Shown here piece after piece: positions 26,730 through 35,314 of a stretch of DNA of 64,000 nucleotides; positions within the stretch are counted from its first letter, which is position 1; every line of letters begins with the position of its first letter. The notes beneath the pieces are model-generated. The model was not told where the DNA came from and did no database searches. It saw only the letters and a list, made by a program, of their open reading frames with translations. A program made the translations under genes and the position numbers. Where the stretch lies: assembly GCA_023137195.1 (NCBI GenBank), contig JAGLPV010000001.1, positions 42,242 to 106,241 of the forward strand, given 5' to 3'. The DNA comes from Candidatus Aenigmatarchaeota archaeon. Lineage in GTDB: Archaea > EX4484-52.

Positions 26730-28082
26730 TTAAAACACCTCTAATTGCTCCCTATACAACTCAACATAATAATAAACTGCCTGCTTTATATCCCCGTATT
26801 TTGTTCCCCTTATATGCGAGTAGTATTTCTCCTTCATGTCATTATAAAATATTATTGGAAAATACCCATGCTTGATTAATATAAAGTTAAACAGCAATCG
26901 TGCAACTCTTCCGTTGCCATCGTCGAAAGGGTGAATATAAACAAATTGATTATGAACCACCAAAGCAAGCACTAATGGATGAAGTGTGTTGTTGTTTTTA
27001 TTATACCAATCGACCAATAACCTGACTCTTTCATCGACAAACTCAGGGGGAGTGGTATTATCAACAAGAATTCCTGAATCATTAATAACGCAATTATCCT
27101 CTATTTTATAATTGCCCGCAGATTCCCCGATACCCTGTTGAGTAGCTAAGTTTAGCTTTTTTATGAATTCAACAGTAAGCTCATTTGACGTATCAAAGAT
27201 ATTATCCAATGCAGTTCTTGAATTTGTAGTTTCCAATATTGCTTTTTTATCTTTTTTTACAAGCTCATTTCCTATGGTAAGAATAGTTCTTACATCCTGC
27301 ATAGTAAGAATGTTTCCTTCTATTTTATCAGTATTGTAAATATATTTTATTTTCCAATCTGTTATTCGTCTTTCTATCTCAAAAATATTTGAATAAAATT
27401 CTTTTCTCTTTTTCTCTGTTAGTACATCTATTACAGTAATAAGGGGAAAATCAGTTTCCCTTAATTTACTTAAGATAAAATCTTTCCCGTCTAAATAATG
27501 TTTTATGTTGAGTTCTGCTAATTCTTTAGATTGATCATCAGGGAGATGTTCTTTTTTTGCAGTAGTTGCTGAAAAAAATTTTATTACATCATGTCTATAC
27601 TCTTCCTCATCAAATTTTAAATCGATATCAAAAAAGTCTAATAACATTTTTGTTGGTTCTTCCCATGACCTAATAAGATAAATGACACTATTTCCTTTAT
27701 GAATAGAGTATATTATTCTTGTCTTTCTTGCGATGTCTTTAACTACTCTTAAATTATGATATGGAAGTTCATGTGATTTTAATGTTGGTTCAACACTAAA
27801 CCTTTGTAATATATTTTTTACATGAGTCGTGAATAATGATTCCGCATCCTGTTTGAAAATAGCAGTAATTGCTTCTATGATTTTTACTTTTGCGTTCATT
27901 TTATTTAGCGAATAAACACCTTTGCCCTCTTTTGTAATGTAATTCAAATTTTGTAATTTTCTTAAATACGGATGAATCCCGGAGTGATATTTTAGATTCA
28001 TTAAAATCGCTAATTCTTCCGAAGTATAACTTTCTTTATTGCCTAAACACATTTTTATTAATATTTTTATTTCTTTATTCAT
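26730..28082 (-). CDS. Fic-domain protein (putative AMPylase) with an N-terminal winged-helix domain
   Basis: The Fic motif HPFDDGNGRVAR is at 26898-26933. An intramolecular inhibitory-helix-type motif TDKIEG ([S/T]xxxE[G/N]) is at 27315-27332. The N-terminus is MarR-like wHTH (ELAILMNLKYHSGIHPYLRKLQNLNYITKEGKGVYSL). Confidence 0.88.
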   Translation of the reverse strand: MNKEIKILIKMCLGNKESYTSEELAILMNLKYHSGIHPYLRKLQNLNYITKEGKGVYSLNKMNAKVKIIEAITAIFKQDAESLFTTHVKNILQRFSVEPTLKSHELPYHNLRVVKDIARKTRIIYSIHKGNSVIYLIRSWEEPTKMLLDFFDIDLKFDEEEYRHDVIKFFSATTAKKEHLPDDQSKELAELNIKHYLDGKDFILSKLRETDFPLITVIDVLTEKKRKEFYSNIFEIERRITDWKIKYIYNTDKIEGNILTMQDVRTILTIGNELVKKDKKAILETTNSRTALDNIFDTSNELTVEFIKKLNLATQQGIGESAGNYKIEDNCVINDSGILVDNTTPPEFVDERVRLLVDWYNKNNNTLHPLVLALVVHNQFVYIHPFDDGNGRVARLLFNFILIKHGYFPIIFYNDMKEKYYSHIRGTKYGDIKQAVYYYVELYREQLEVF

Positions 28083-28221
28083 AATACCGTTATATATGAC
28101 CTTAAATTTATAAATGTGTGTGTATTTTTTAATAAATTAATAAATTTAATAATAATAAGAGTTAACATGTGTTAACAAATTAATAAAAATAATTATTCCC
28201 GTTCGGGTTTAATACATCAAT

Positions 28222-28998
28222 TCAAAACTCCTCTTCAACATACTTCACAGCATTCTCAAATATCGCCAGCCCTGAAGTCGAACCCACAGACTCATCCGAA
28301 GCCCGCTCTGGGTGAGGCATCATCCCAAGAATCGTCCCTGTCGAGTTGCATATCCCTGCAATATCATACACCGAACCATTAGGATTAAACGGATATTTCC
28401 CGTTTGCAGGTCTTGCTTTATCATCCCCGTAAATAAAGACAATCTGGTCATTTTCAATCAATTTCATCAGCAGTTCCTGAGATATCTTGAAATTTCCTTC
28501 CCCGTGAGCGATAGGCATCTTTAAAGTGCGGTCATAAGGAATTCCTTTTGCAAATATGCATTTCCCCCTGCTGGCATTAATCAAATTAACGCTCCTGCTC
28601 TCGAACGTCAGTTTTTCATTTGTTGCAAGAGCCGCCTGCTGTGTTTTGCTTATGCCGTCAATTCCCGGCAAAAGTCCTGCTTCGACCAATATCTGGAACC
28701 CATTGCAGATTCCGATTATCGGCTTTTTTGCATTTACAAATTCTTCAACATCGGCAGAAAGTTCCTTCATCAGTTTCTTTGCAAATACTACTCCTGAGCG
28801 GATATGGTCTGAATTTGAAAACCCGCCGGGAAATACCAAAATATGAAAGTCATTTAGTTTTTCTTCTTTTGACAGGAATTTGTTTAAGTGAATTACTCTT
28901 GAGTTTGCCCCGAGTTTATTGAAAATGTAGTTTGTCTCCCTGTCGCAGTTTGTGCCGGGTTCGCGCAGGACGCAGACTTTTATTTTATTTTTTTCCAT
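28222..28998 (-). CDS. purQ: Phosphoribosylformylglycinamidine synthase, glutaminase subunit (PurQ)
   Basis: Class I glutamine amidotransferase with nucleophile context GICNGFQIL and MPHPER near the C-terminus. Confidence 0.92.
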   Translation of the reverse strand: MEKNKIKVCVLREPGTNCDRETNYIFNKLGANSRVIHLNKFLSKEEKLNDFHILVFPGGFSNSDHIRSGVVFAKKLMKELSADVEEFVNAKKPIIGICNGFQILVEAGLLPGIDGISKTQQAALATNEKLTFESRSVNLINASRGKCIFAKGIPYDRTLKMPIAHGEGNFKISQELLMKLIENDQIVFIYGDDKARPANGKYPFNPNGSVYDIAGICNSTGTILGMMPHPERASDESVGSTSGLAIFENAVKYVEEEF

Positions 28999-29000
28999 AT

Positions 29001-31391
29001 TTATTTTAGACCTCCAAGCCAGCTTTGCTTTAATGTACCAATATCTTCATCTATTATGGTTTTTTCTTTTTCGCCTGTTTTAATTATCACTTTTTCTTCT
29101 TCAATTGTTTTTCCGACTAGAGATGCAAAGTCTCCCAGTTCCTGCTCAAACTTTTTTGCATTTCCTTTTTCAACTTCAACCAAAAACCTGCTGTTTGATT
29201 CTGAAAAGAGAATCTGGTAATCTTTGAGCGGTCTGTTGCATATTGCTTTTGACAAATCAATTTCTGCTCCGATGCCGTCAAAGCACATTTCCGAAAGGGC
29301 AACTGCAAGACCCCCTTCAGACAGGTCATGGCAGGTCAAGACAAGATTGCCATCCATTGCATTAATGAGCAGGTCGTATATTTTTTTTGCATGTTTTGTC
29401 CTGACTTTCGGGACATTTGCACCCAAAAATCCTTTAATTTTGTAAAAATGAGAACCGCCAAGTTCATTGCATGTTGTTCCAATTAGGTAAATATTGTTGC
29501 CGGGTTTTTTGAAATTCATAGATACTTTATTTTGAGCATCAGGGATTAACCCTATTGCAGTAATCACAAGTGTCGGAGTAACGGGACCTTCTTCAGACTG
29601 GTTGTACAGGCTGTCCTTTCCGCTGATGAAAGGAGTCTTGTATTCCATTGCTGTGTCGTAGCATGCCTGCGAGGCACGGACAAGACCGCCAAGATTTTGC
29701 GGTATCTGGGGATTGCCCCAAGAGTAATTATCCAATAGTGCAATTCTTCTTCCGCCGACAGCAGTGTTGTTCCTTACAGCTTCATCTATTGCTGAAGTTG
29801 CCATGTGATAAGGGTCGATTTTTCCGTATTCCGGGTTAAATCCGCATGATATTACAACGCCTTTTTTGCTCTTCAATAATGGTTTTACAACGCTTGCGTC
29901 TCCCGGGGAGTCTTCTTTTTTCCCGTGCAGAGGACCGAGGGCTGTTCCTGCCCTCACGGTTGAATCATAACTGTGGATTACTTTTTCCTTGCTTGCAACA
30001 TTCGGGGAAGACAATATTTTAGCTAACTCCTTATTGTAATTGTCGGATTCAACAATTTTTGGTTCTGATAAATCAGGTTTTTTCCATTCTGCTTTTTTGT
30101 AAGTATTTGGAACGGCGTTAAATAAAAAGTCAATATCTATGCTTGCGACTTCATCCCCCGCGTATTTCAGGACAAGATTTTTTTCTTCTGTGAATTCGCC
30201 TATTTTGACGACTTCAACATCTTCTGCTTCAAATATTTTGGCTACTTTTTCGTAATTTTCTTTTGGAACTAAAATAAGCATCCTTTCCTGTGATTCGCTT
30301 ATCCATATTTCCCATGGCTTTAATCCCTTGTATTTTAGAGGGACTTTGTCTAAATCCACAATTGTTCCCAGATCATAAGTATGGCACATTTCACCTACTG
30401 CTGAAGAAAGTCCGCCTCCGCCGAGGTCTGTTATGCCGGAGCCAAGGTTTTTTGCGCTAACTTCCATTATTCCTCTCATCACTTTTTCCTCTTCTATGGG
30501 GTCGCCTATCTGGACAGCAGAGCCGTTTATCTCTTCTGATTCTGTGCTTAAATTAGCAGATGCAAAAGATACGCCGTGTATGCCGTCTTTTCCGGTTCTT
30601 CCACCGACAAGAACCAGATAATCTCCGTTTTTTGCTTCTCTTACATATTTGCTTTTTTCCAACAGTCCGAAGCATCCGCAGAAGACAAGAGGGTTAGTAG
30701 TATAAGATTTGTCAAAATAAATTGCGCCGTTTACTGTGGGGATTCCCATCTTGTTGCCGTAATCTCCGATTCCCCGGACAACGCCTTTGAATAAATATTT
30801 TGGGTGTTTTGTGCCTTTTGGCAGGTTCTCATAACTCATGTCAGTATCTCCGAAGCAAAGTACATTTGTATTTGCAAATGGCTCTGCCCATACTCCTAAG
30901 ACATCACGGATGCATCCGCCAACGCCTGTTGCCGCTCCGCCAAATGGTTCTAAGGCAGAAGGATGGTTGTGCGTTTCAACTTTTACTGCAATGACATAAT
31001 CATCAACAAAATCCACCATGCCTGCATTGTCGTCAAACACGCTGAAGCACCAGGATCTGTCTAATTCTTTTGTTGCGCGCATGATTGTCTGCTTTAGCAT
31101 ATTTTTTAGTTTGCCTTCTTTGTCTAAAGTAATACTGTCTGTTTCCAAAACGTTTTTATCCATGTAAATGTCATGTCGGAATGTTTTGTGTATGCAGTGT
31201 TCTGACCAGGACTGGTTGAAAATTTCTATCTCAACATCTGTCGGGTTTCTCTGCTCTTTTGAAAAGTATTTCTGTATTTCAAGGAGTTCATCCTTGTTTA
31301 ATGCAAGGTTTCTTTGGGTGTTTATTTTGTTGAGTTCTTCTTCTGTCTTGCCTTGCATTTCTATTTCTCTGATGTCTTTGTTGTATTTCAT
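29001..31391 (-). CDS. purL: Phosphoribosylformylglycinamidine synthase II (PurL)
   Basis: 796 aa. ETHNHPSALEPFGGAATGVGG, duplicated PurM-like domains, and GGLSSAVGEM. Confidence 0.95.
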   Translation of the reverse strand: MKYNKDIREIEMQGKTEEELNKINTQRNLALNKDELLEIQKYFSKEQRNPTDVEIEIFNQSWSEHCIHKTFRHDIYMDKNVLETDSITLDKEGKLKNMLKQTIMRATKELDRSWCFSVFDDNAGMVDFVDDYVIAVKVETHNHPSALEPFGGAATGVGGCIRDVLGVWAEPFANTNVLCFGDTDMSYENLPKGTKHPKYLFKGVVRGIGDYGNKMGIPTVNGAIYFDKSYTTNPLVFCGCFGLLEKSKYVREAKNGDYLVLVGGRTGKDGIHGVSFASANLSTESEEINGSAVQIGDPIEEEKVMRGIMEVSAKNLGSGITDLGGGGLSSAVGEMCHTYDLGTIVDLDKVPLKYKGLKPWEIWISESQERMLILVPKENYEKVAKIFEAEDVEVVKIGEFTEEKNLVLKYAGDEVASIDIDFLFNAVPNTYKKAEWKKPDLSEPKIVESDNYNKELAKILSSPNVASKEKVIHSYDSTVRAGTALGPLHGKKEDSPGDASVVKPLLKSKKGVVISCGFNPEYGKIDPYHMATSAIDEAVRNNTAVGGRRIALLDNYSWGNPQIPQNLGGLVRASQACYDTAMEYKTPFISGKDSLYNQSEEGPVTPTLVITAIGLIPDAQNKVSMNFKKPGNNIYLIGTTCNELGGSHFYKIKGFLGANVPKVRTKHAKKIYDLLINAMDGNLVLTCHDLSEGGLAVALSEMCFDGIGAEIDLSKAICNRPLKDYQILFSESNSRFLVEVEKGNAKKFEQELGDFASLVGKTIEEEKVIIKTGEKEKTIIDEDIGTLKQSWLGGLK

Positions 31392-31846
31392 AGTATGGAG
31401 TATTCTTCTGTAATTGGATTGGAGAGCAATTCTTTTGCTATTTTTTCAAGCAATTCTTTATCCAGAGACTCTCCTTTCAATAAATATATTTTTGATGTTT
31501 TGATGCTCTTTGTTTTATATCCTAAATCAGCGAAAGTGGAGGATGTTGAATTTCCCAACGGGTCGCTTAGCTTTCCTTTTATTTCAATTGTGCTGTAATC
31601 TCCAAAGTCCTGTTTTTCCCCGGTTTTCTGGATTTGGTATTCATTTATTACTGGGTTTACTATTGTTTTTTTTGCGATAGTTTCTATCTGGTTTTTGTCG
31701 GATATGTCGATGTCAATAATATAAGAAGTTGCTGTTTTTACAGTGGTTATTTGAGTATAGCCTAGTTTTTTTAGGGTTTTGAGAACCGTGTTTGCCTGGC
31801 TGTCAAGAACGCCCGGGAGAAAACCGACTGTTATTTTGTATTGCAT
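31388..31846 (-). CDS. purS: Tandem PurS-PurS fusion (FGAM synthase PurS component)
   Basis: 152 aa made of two ~75-aa PurS-like halves (KITVGFLPGVLDSQANTVLKTLKKLGY...NPVINEYQI and IEIKGKLSDPLGNSTSSTFADLGY...NPITEEYSI). It overlaps purL by 4 nt. Confidence 0.75.
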   Translation of the reverse strand: MQYKITVGFLPGVLDSQANTVLKTLKKLGYTQITTVKTATSYIIDIDISDKNQIETIAKKTIVNPVINEYQIQKTGEKQDFGDYSTIEIKGKLSDPLGNSTSSTFADLGYKTKSIKTSKIYLLKGESLDKELLEKIAKELLSNPITEEYSIL

Positions 31847-31896
31847 AAAAAAATATATGACAGGAATTTTAAAAGTATATGGCTGGTGTCTTATTT

Positions 31897-33369
31897 TTAA
31901 ATAAAGGAAAATGCTGTTAGCGGGATATAAATTATATTTTCATCCATTGTTATTTTTTGTGTGTCTGATATTACAATTCCGTATTCAGATTTGTATTTCA
32001 TAATGGCTCTTTTTATTTGCCTTTTGTTCTTTTTCCCGATGCCTACTTCTATTGGAATTATTTTTCCTTCTATGTCCTCGAGCAGAAAATCAACGCCTTC
32101 TTTATCTGCATCGTAAAATATCCCTATTGGAACTTTTAGCGTTTCTTTTATCCTGAAAAAATATGAAGCAACCAGAGTTTCTGCCAATATTCCGAGCATT
32201 TCTCTGTCTGTATTGTTGTATAAGCCAAGTTTGTATCTTAAGGATGCATTTATCGAGGGAGATAAAAAATAATATTTCCATGGCTTTCTTACAATTTTTC
32301 CTGCTCCACCGTATGGCTTTACACTGAAAATCAAGTGTGTTTTTTCAAGGACATCAAGTATGCTCCTTACTAGGGTTGGAGACACAGAGAGTCTCTCTGA
32401 AAGTTTTGCATCAGAAGTGCCCCCTGGGTTTTGCATGGCAAGGAAATATATGATTCTTGTAATGTGATTTCTTGTGTCTGTGCTAAAGGACTGAAGAGAG
32501 AATACATCCATTTCTATTACTCGGTCAGTCATCTTGGCTAATTTCTCGTGCACCTCAAACTCCTTTAATGAAAGACTAAACGGAAAACCACCGTAACACA
32601 AAAAATTCTCCAATTCTCTCTTCAAATCAACCCCTGCACCAATCGCCTTCATTATAATTTTATGCTCTATTTCAGCAGCATTTTCCACAGCTTTTTTATT
32701 CCCGGTGAAAATGATTTTTATTATCTCTGATGAAAAATTTTCTGAAAGGTCAATTCCGTATTTTAAATGCAGATGCTCCTCAAAACTCAATGGAAAAATT
32801 CGTATTTCTGATGCCCTTCTGGCAGCATCGACATTTAATTCCAAATCCAATGCTGAGGATCCGGTAAATACAATAAAGATTTTTCTGCTTTGGTCAAAGA
32901 AGATTTTTCCTGTCATAGACCAGTCCTTGTCGTAGTGTGCTTCATCAACAAAGATTATTAATGGCTCGTCAAGCTCTACTGCTGTAGTTCTGTGGACTTT
33001 CTGGATAAATGCATCAATTACATGCAATATATTTTCTCCAATATAACCCTTCATTTCGTCTGTAGAAAAATACAGCACGCGGTTTTTGTCTATTTTTTTT
33101 TTATCTATCAGGTAATCGTAAATTTGGAATAATATTGTTGTTTTTCCCATACTCCTTAATCCGGGCATGATTATAAACCTGTTTTCTAAATTCTTTCCCG
33201 AGAGAAAGTCATCGATATATTTTTTTATTTCCCAATAAGCACGCCTGTATTTAAGTCGAATGTGGTTTTTATGAGTATATTTTTGTGCCAGCAATGGCGT
33301 ACTTGTTAATTTTGCAAATACATAGTTTGGTATTGTATCTTTGTCATCAATTGCTGTTTTTCCTGCCAT
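31897..33369 (-). CDS. AAA-family ATPase with a DUF4143-like C-terminal domain (COG1373-type)
   Basis: Walker A GLRSMGKTT and Walker B IIFVDEAHY. The C-terminal segment (ETLVASYF...GVDFLLED...IPIEVGIGKK) is typical of AAA_14 + DUF4143 proteins. Confidence 0.8.
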   Translation of the reverse strand: MAGKTAIDDKDTIPNYVFAKLTSTPLLAQKYTHKNHIRLKYRRAYWEIKKYIDDFLSGKNLENRFIIMPGLRSMGKTTILFQIYDYLIDKKKIDKNRVLYFSTDEMKGYIGENILHVIDAFIQKVHRTTAVELDEPLIIFVDEAHYDKDWSMTGKIFFDQSRKIFIVFTGSSALDLELNVDAARRASEIRIFPLSFEEHLHLKYGIDLSENFSSEIIKIIFTGNKKAVENAAEIEHKIIMKAIGAGVDLKRELENFLCYGGFPFSLSLKEFEVHEKLAKMTDRVIEMDVFSLQSFSTDTRNHITRIIYFLAMQNPGGTSDAKLSERLSVSPTLVRSILDVLEKTHLIFSVKPYGGAGKIVRKPWKYYFLSPSINASLRYKLGLYNNTDREMLGILAETLVASYFFRIKETLKVPIGIFYDADKEGVDFLLEDIEGKIIPIEVGIGKKNKRQIKRAIMKYKSEYGIVISDTQKITMDENIIYIPLTAFSFI

Positions 33370-33837
33370 ATTTCTTATACATATATATGTATAAAGCTTT
33401 ATAAAGGCTTATACATTTGAGTGTATAAAGAGTTTAGAGAAACTATGTTTGAATATGCGAAGTTAAATCTTTGATTTAATTTGAGTGAAGCGTAGCGAAA
33501 CCGTATATTCTGTGTTCCGGGAAGTTTTTTCTGAAAGAAAAAATTTGGGCGCAACCATAGGACTCGTTTTTATCGTCTAATTTCACAATCAAGTTATCTG
33601 ATTTCCTAGATATTCTATCACATGCACAATACGCTATTTTCCTGTTGTGGTTGGTGCATATAGCAATAATATATTGGTTATAGAATTTATAAATACTTTG
33701 TTTTTAGAAAATAAACTATCTTGTTTTTATCGTAAAACGATTCAAATTTTTGTTGTTGTTTTTTATCGTCAAGCCCTTTATAATGCCATATTTCGGCATT
33801 TAAGGTATATAAAGATCCAATCGTACTAATAGATAAT

Positions 33838-34665
33838 ATGGAAATAAATTATTCGGAGCAGGTCTCCGGGACATTAAACCCAGGAATAAAAAAGACGCAT
33901 GGAGTGATTAAAATGGTTGTAAAACAATTGTATAATGGCTTAGTTAAACAAAAAAGTATTTTGGCTATGCTTGTTTTTGCAGGACTTTTTTTATTTTGCA
34001 TTCAAGTTAATGTTGGCTATGCAGAAGAAGAACAATTTAGGATTTCTTTAGATTGTTATAACTCTTGTGATGGCAAGGAGGATGTTAATTATTCTGAAGA
34101 GATTATGTTTGTGTTAACAATCCAGAATAAGTTAGAGTATTGGATTTCTGTTGGAGGAGAAACGGGCGTAGATTTGTATATAACTGTAGAAAACGCTAAG
34201 TTATATGATGGAAAAAACGAAGAGACGTACAAGAATGTTTTAGGAAAGAATTTTTTCTTAGAGCCCGATTCAATACGTAAAATATATATTCCTTTTAATA
34301 TTTATAATCGCATTGAAGAAGAAAATAGTAGATTGGGTGACTGGAAAATAACTCCAGAATTGAAAATCAAGGAAGTCTTATATTATAAAAATCCATTTGA
34401 AACAAAAAATATCCAAACATACAATAATAAGCAATTAGCAATTCCTCGTTTAGTTAAGGGTAATGTTTTGAAATTTGAGGTAATAAAACCTGGTATTGAG
34501 CGTTTAGAAGATAAAGTCAGACTTTCAGACAATTTTTTGGAAAAACCACTTAATAAAGAGTTTATTATTCCTGTTGGCGTAGAGGTTTTTGCAAAATTAA
34601 TATGGGCATTACCACTATTAATATATGGAGTATATAGATATTTTAAAAAAAAGAAACGGAGATAA
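33838..34665 (+). CDS. Membrane-anchored extracellular protein, unknown function
   Basis: It has a signal/anchor (ILAMLVFAGLFLFCIQVNVGYA), a beta-rich body, a C-terminal TM and a KKKKRR tail. The alternative start MVVKQ is at 33913. Confidence 0.6.
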   Translation: MEINYSEQVSGTLNPGIKKTHGVIKMVVKQLYNGLVKQKSILAMLVFAGLFLFCIQVNVGYAEEEQFRISLDCYNSCDGKEDVNYSEEIMFVLTIQNKLEYWISVGGETGVDLYITVENAKLYDGKNEETYKNVLGKNFFLEPDSIRKIYIPFNIYNRIEEENSRLGDWKITPELKIKEVLYYKNPFETKNIQTYNNKQLAIPRLVKGNVLKFEVIKPGIERLEDKVRLSDNFLEKPLNKEFIIPVGVEVFAKLIWALPLLIYGVYRYFKKKKRR

Positions 34666-34830
34666 ATTATTGAGTTAAAAATCATTAGGAAAAACAACAA
34701 CTCAAAAAAAGTCATCTCAAAAAAATTAATTAAAAAGAGGCTTTTGCACTCCTCTACTCAAAAATAATAATTTATTGGTACGGGTTAAACTAAGACCACA
34801 TTACCAAATAGTACTCTAAAAGAATCAAGA

Positions 34831-35133
34831 TTATTCTTTACTGTCTTTTTCTTCTTTGCTGACATCTTCTTCACTAGCTTCGTCTTTGCTGTCTTCTTCA
34901 CTAGCTTCTTCCTCGTTAGCTTCTTCTTTGTTGTCTTCGTCTTTGCCGATACTAACATTAACTGCTTTTGGTCCTCTGTCTCCTTCTTCAACATCAAAAG
35001 CAACTGAATCTCCTTCTTTTATTGTTACATTTTCTTTTAATCCTGTTGAATGGACAAAATATTCTTTTCCATCTTCACCAGCTATAAATCCAAAGTTTTT
35101 CATGTCGTTAAAAAATTTTACACTTCCTTTCAT
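34831..35133 (-). CDS. Cold-shock domain protein (CspA-like) with a ~35-aa acidic tail
   Basis: MKGSVKFFNDMKNFGFI (RNP1-like) and EYFVHS (RNP2-like), followed by the EE/SEED-rich tail EEANEEEASEEDSKDEASEEDVSKEE. Confidence 0.9.
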   Translation of the reverse strand: MKGSVKFFNDMKNFGFIAGEDGKEYFVHSTGLKENVTIKEGDSVAFDVEEGDRGPKAVNVSIGKDEDNKEEANEEEASEEDSKDEASEEDVSKEEKDSKE

Positions 35134-35314
35134 TTTATTCCCCTCCCAATTTTCATTGTATTATATTACCTATTGCTTATTTACTTGTTTTTTGCAATAA
35201 TACGCTAAAAACAACACATTCTTTTTAAATGTTCTTATTTTTCATTGCGAATTACCAGTTTTAAATCCTCAAAATAATAATAAATATAAAAAAATAACTT
35301 TCCTCTAAACAACT

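Larger units (their letters stand above)
18687..28221 (-). other. Putative accessory (defence/toxin) island between purM and purQ
   Basis: Every gene lies on the same strand as the flanking pur genes. Content is RM, Fic, HEPN-like, TA-like and Bro-N genes plus decayed fragments. Spot G+C counts of single 60-nt lines give 10/60 (21601) and 11/60 (24001) inside, versus 31/60 (18241, purM) and 32/60 (29641, purL) outside. No integrase or att pair was found. Confidence 0.6.

Noticed and set aside
34785-35003. 72-aa Lys-rich ORF overlapping the cold-shock gene in another frame on the same strand
   Set aside because: It is an alternative reading of the GAA/GAG-rich acidic-tail region. The CSD ORF explains the locus.
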